From a virus (taxonomy: Duplodnaviria > Heunggongvirae > Uroviricota > Caudoviricetes): a stretch of DNA of 14,413 bases. The position numbers and the translations under genes are program-made. Where the stretch lies: IMG/VR virus record IMGVR_UViG_2654587996_000008; one strand, given 5' to 3'. Numbering within the stretch: position 1 is the stretch's first letter; each line of letters begins with the position of its first letter. Of this stretch, positions 13,199 through 14,413 are shown in pieces. The notes beneath the pieces were generated by a model. The model ran no database searches, was not told the DNA's origin, and saw nothing but the letters and a program-made list of their open reading frames with translations.

Positions 13199-14413
13199 TC
13201 ACCCGCATTTTCCGAACTCACCATGCACCACATTTCCGCCATGCTCGAGCGAATCCATATAGTCGGCATACCACTGGAGCATCTCCCGGCGACCATCCAG
13301 ATATTGCGCATGGTTGTATGTGCCACGAATTGAGTTTTTATCGACGTGTGCAAGCTGTGTCTCTATCCACGCGGTGTTATAGCCCTGCTCATGCAAAATG
13401 GTGCTCATGGTGTGCCGGAATCCATGACCAGTAACCTTTCCGTTATAGCCGATGCGTTTAAATACTTGGTTTATGCTAGCCTCGCTCATTGTTTTCCTTG
13501 GATCATTACGGCCGGGAAACATAAGCGGATAATTGCCAGTTAATTCTTTAATCTGCCCAATAAGCGAAAGAGCCTGCTCAGACAAAGGCACCACATGAGG
13601 GCGACGCATTTTCATCCGTGAAGCAGGTATCTCCCAGATAGCCTTGTTGAGATCGATTTCATCCCATAATGCACCGCGCAGTTCGCCAGTCCGCAAACCG
13701 GTGATAATCAGTAGACGAGCCGCCATAACAACCAATGCACTTCCTGAGTAACTGGACAATGCCTTGAAAAAATCAGGTAATTCTTTGGCTGTGAGGAAAG
13801 GATAATGACTAGATTCATGACCTTGCATCGCGCTGGTGAGATCCGGTGCAGGGTTATACTCAGCACGTCCAGTGACAATTGCATAGCGGAAAACTTCCCC
13901 GCATCGCTGCCTCACTTTTTTGGCTTTTTCGGTAGCACCGCGCCCCTCGATGCGCCGCAGCACATTCAGCAGTTCAAGTGGTTTGATTTCGGCGATTGGT
14001 TTTTTGCCAATGTAAGGGAACACATCTTTGTTGAAGGCTTCGAGGATGTCTGAAGCATAACCAGCAGACCATTTTTTTAATTTGCTGCTGTGCCACTCAA
14101 TGGCAATATCTTTGAAGGTGTTGTTTAACTGCGTTTCCCGGGCAATCTTTTCCTCTCGTTTCGCTTCCATCGGATCGATACCCCCAGCGATACTCCTTTT
14201 AGCTTCTTCACGTTTTGCACGAGCATCAGCCAAGGTAACTTCAGGATACACACCTAGTGCTAACAGCTTCTCTTTACCAGCTACACGATACTTGAAGCGC
14301 CAATATTTTCCTCCACTAGGTTTTACCAAGAGATACAGACCACCACCATCAGCCAGCTTGTAAGCCTTCTCTTTTGGCTTGGCAGTGTCTATTTGACGGG
14401 CATTGAGTTTCAC
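13199..14413 (-). CDS. int: P4-type tyrosine integrase (site-specific recombinase)
   Basis: 404 aa. N-terminus 'KLNARQIDTAKPKEKAYKLADGGGLYLLVKPSGGKYWRFKYR' is typical of P4/CP4-57-type integrases; C-terminus has 'HGFRHT' and 'RGTYNHA' (catalytic Tyr region). Apparent GTG start sits exactly at the window edge, so the N-terminus may be slightly truncated. Confidence 0.9.
   Translation of the reverse strand: MKLNARQIDTAKPKEKAYKLADGGGLYLLVKPSGGKYWRFKYRVAGKEKLLALGVYPEVTLADARAKREEAKRSIAGGIDPMEAKREEKIARETQLNNTFKDIAIEWHSSKLKKWSAGYASDILEAFNKDVFPYIGKKPIAEIKPLELLNVLRRIEGRGATEKAKKVRQRCGEVFRYAIVTGRAEYNPAPDLTSAMQGHESSHYPFLTAKELPDFFKALSSYSGSALVVMAARLLIITGLRTGELRGALWDEIDLNKAIWEIPASRMKMRRPHVVPLSEQALSLIGQIKELTGNYPLMFPGRNDPRKTMSEASINQVFKRIGYNGKVTGHGFRHTMSTILHEQGYNTAWIETQLAHVDKNSIRGTYNHAQYLDGRREMLQWYADYMDSLEHGGNVVHGEFGKCG

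Larger units (their letters stand above)
400..14413 (-). mobile_element. P4-type / PICI-like integrative satellite element (partial; integrase end continues past right edge)
   Basis: Co-linear minus-strand module of integrase, AlpA, antirepressor, small coupled ORFs, P4-family primase/helicase and iteron origin, followed by cargo genes. No capsid, tail or lysis genes are present. Confidence 0.6.

Noticed and set aside
13071-14413. tRNA/tmRNA gene or attachment site at the integrase end
   Set aside because: No cloverleaf-like or tRNA 3'-end sequence recognised in the window; for P4-type integrases the att/tRNA is expected just beyond the integrase start, past the right edge.

Overview
This window reads as the integrase-proximal part of a P4-type / PICI-like integrative satellite element, with almost every gene on the minus strand, abutting an IS3-family insertion sequence at the left edge. 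From the right edge leftward: a P4-type tyrosine integrase (attachment site and any tRNA target lie beyond the window), a 251-aa uncharacterised protein, an AlpA-family regulator preceded by tandem palindromes, an AntA/KilAC-type antirepressor, a divergent control region with three GTGTTnAACAC palindromes and a small plus-strand RHH-like gene, a chain of six small translationally coupled ORFs ending in a P4-family primase/helicase, and an iteron-type origin. The cargo to the left comprises a ProQ/FinO-domain protein coupled to a PerC-family regulator, a lipoprotein plus small membrane protein, a small RHH protein with an operator palindrome, a Nu1-like HTH protein next to an array of TTGACACTTTTTCGCG-like repeats, and an AT-rich three-gene operon. 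That operon is the best candidate for an undescribed system: it encodes a protein with a PARP/diphtheria-toxin-like H-G-S/T motif, a small acidic protein and a SecB-like chaperone, suggesting a toxin-antitoxin-chaperone-like module with an ADP-ribosyltransferase-fold effector. All protein calls rest on motif recognition by eye from the translations; no database search was run.
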